Program-made: the position numbers and the translations under genes
NCBI GenBank assembly: GCA_964247055.1
Contig: OZ176052.1
Location: 11,284,001-11,348,000, forward strand
From: Paragordius varius
Taxonomy: Eukaryota > Animalia > Nematomorpha
Reading direction: 5' to 3'
Length of the DNA stretch: 64,000 nt
Part shown: piece after piece, positions 61,480 to 64,000 of the stretch
Layout: every line of letters starts with the position of its first letter
Position numbering within the stretch: position 1 is the first letter of the stretch
The notes under the pieces: model-generated
Told to the model about the DNA's origin: nothing
Database searches by the model: none
Seen by the model: only the letters and a program-made list of their open reading frames with translations

Positions 61480-63979
61480 TTAAATAGAGGGCATATGCAA
61501 AGGACTAAATATTTTATGTATTAAAATCCATGCTTCGTAATAGTATTGACCTTCTCCCATTATCGTTAAAATTTCACAAAATAGACATAAAGTAAGGTAA
61601 TTGGGGTGATCCTTTTTTATTCTAATTGGGAAAGAATAGAAAGTGAATATATATTTATGTTAGTTTTTAATTGCACTGTGAATTGTAAAAAGTAAAATAA
61701 TTTAACATAGTACACATTTAATTTGTTGGCCGATATAGCGAAATTCAAAGAATTAGCTAATCGTTCATCCACGATTCTAATGACTCGTTTTTGGATATTA
61801 TTAAATCCTACCCTTAGGGTTTCATGATGTGGGAATAAAGAGCATCGTACACATTGGCTGGTATTGTGAAAATTATGTTTCTGTCGCCGAAAAGCGCGAT
61901 TTTTTGCAATATCAGTTTCTGGAATATTCATTTAAAAGGTAATAAATATACTTTGCGGATGAGGTAAGGATTCAAACGTAATTTTTGGTGTTAAAGTAAC
62001 CAAACTTTCCTAAAAAAACATAAAGTAATATAAACATAGAAAATTTCTTACCCAGTAAAAATTTATCCTGTCTGTCTTAAGTATTACAGGCAAGCTAAAC
62101 GTTTAAAAGCTTGTTAAACCTGTTGGATCCAATATTATTAGCCTGATCACCAAACCTTGCCAGATAGGATAAACATTGAAATACTGTCCTAATTTACACA
62201 TAAAAAAATATCTTACGTTTGTAAAGTGATAGGAACTCTTTCAGTAGATAATAGGATAGTGTTTAGGCATGATATCCATTTATCATAAAGATTTTCCCCA
62301 ACATTATATGGGGAGGGATTTTTCAAGTAACACAATAACAAAATGGTGGTATCCCATATTTTGGAAATGACCTTAGTCATATTTGTATGAAAAGTTTTCA
62401 AATAGTTTGTAGGATTGGTAGAAATCGTAGCCAAAAATATCTATAAATAGCAAAAATAATTGATTATTTTTTGTTCAAGGATTTAAATATTGTTTTTTAC
62501 GTTTTTAAGCCTACTAGGTCACAATTAACTAATATATAAAACTGAAAATAATTTATAATTTTGCAAAAATTAAATTTTACAATTATTTTATATTAATTTT
62601 TTTAAGCAAACGCTCTAAATTTGATTCAGATACAATGTTAGCCACAAAAAGAGTATACGATTTATGGTAAATTTAGATAAAACCGTTATAAAAGAGGTAA
62701 TAATATACCTTTTTCAAGTATTGTAGGCCTGTCTCGTGTGAGCCAATCATTTGATAGATGTGGATTGGTAAAGAAATCTTTCTTACATCCTTTACAAAGA
62801 GGGATTCTTGACAAACAATATAAAATTCAATAATATAAACGAAATGAAATTTAATTTTTTGAGCTAATATATCTTTTGTATTATGGGTGAAATAATTAGA
62901 TGATTATATACAAGTTTGATAGCTTAATTTTTATAAATAATTTAATAACCAGTTTGATTTTTGCCATGTATTATTGGATAGATTATTTTGTTGCACATCC
63001 AATAATTATTTGAAACATTGTTGTTTTTGTTATTTAGTACATTATTGAGATTAATTATGGGCAAATTATTTTTGTGATGGGACCAAACTTCGTATTCTAA
63101 CAGAGATTGTATGCGACGTTGTTCAATTTTTTCAACAAAGCATTCCGATAAATTTGACTAGATGTAGAAATATCATCTAAATTATACTTTTGACTTAAGT
63201 TAATGAATTAATTAATTAATTTGACTTTTAATCATTTTTGGGTCAAACAATAAAACTTCTACGCTTTCTTAAAATTATGTTAGATTTAGTTACCATAAAT
63301 AAAGTTTTTACTTGAAAATTAATGACACTGTGTTACAAAATGGTTTTTTTGGGTCAAAATACGGATTAAAACATTTATTTACTTTAAATGGACTATTAAA
63401 AATATTACATTCTGCAATCGAAAACGCCAATCAACTTGCCAAGCCATAATTCTTATTATATTTGAAACAATAATATTCTAAATTGACTTTTACGGTTAGA
63501 TTGTGGCTCATTTAATTTTAGAGGTGAGTGAGACCCTTTAAAAATTATAAAACCAATAGGACTCCAACGCCATAAACGAAAATCGCGATTACTTATAATG
63601 TGCATTTAAGTCTGTCGTAGAAGTCAAATTCGACCATATTTTACTTATCAAAAATTTATACGTGATGATTTACTTTATAAAAATGTTTAAAATTTAATTT
63701 AATTCACTGAAATATAATTAATAATAATCAAAAAACATGTCTAAAATTTACATCGTGCCAAACATCCATTAAAGATGGAAGAAGATTCGAATTATCATCA
63801 CGTTCTATATCTTGTTGAATGGTAATAAATATTTTCTCCTTACTTAACATTGTGATTATTAAATTGTATAATTGTTTATCTTGAAGACACCAATCTGGAA
63901 ATTTGTAATTTTTATTACATGGATATCTAACTTGCCATTGCTTGTTAAACGTGGTGAATATCTCTGAGAGCTGTACATC
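61480..63979 (-). CDS. 3' exons of an unidentified protein (gene continues beyond the window)
   Basis: Phase-compatible GT-AG exons ~63979-63753, ~63157-62950, ~62807-62710, ~62443-62218, ~62187-62100, ~62009-61952, 61918-~61714, ~61622-61480 give a stop-free product ending ...CLFCEILTIMGEGQYYYEAWILIHKIFSPLHMPSI*. No family recognised. Confidence 0.6.
61919..61951 (-). other. 33-nt GT-AG intron in the unidentified gene
   Basis: GTATATTTATTACCTTTTAAATGAATATTCCAG contains an in-frame TAA; removal joins PHPQ to KTDIAKNR. No homologue available to confirm. Confidence 0.65.
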
Positions 63980-64000
63980 CTATGATTTTATAAAAAAATT

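Overview
AT-rich, intron-containing animal (invertebrate-like) nuclear DNA in the standard genetic code; no prokaryotic features, CRISPR arrays, rRNA or tRNA seen. Eight genes were rebuilt by hand: MARK/par-1 3' end (+), BMS1 (-), a signal-peptide/GPI-type cysteine-rich protein of unknown function (+), PGM2 (-), Elongin B (+), SARNP/CIP29 (-), an ADAMTS-like M12B metalloprotease (-) and the 3' part of an unidentified gene (-). Introns and intergenic DNA hold many TE relics: Gypsy integrase, Mos1-like mariner, hAT, a Helitron-like tandem array, several MITE/foldback families and a three-level nested stack. The main signal is splicing. At least 11 GT-AG introns of only 23-33 nt must be removed to recover conserved or stop-free proteins. 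Ten of them are the first introns of five genes that also carry TE-filled introns of hundreds of nt to over 2 kb, and about 30% of donors are GTT. This suggests an unusual dual-mode spliceosome. All gene models are manual, have no RNA support, and some coordinates marked ~ are approximate.
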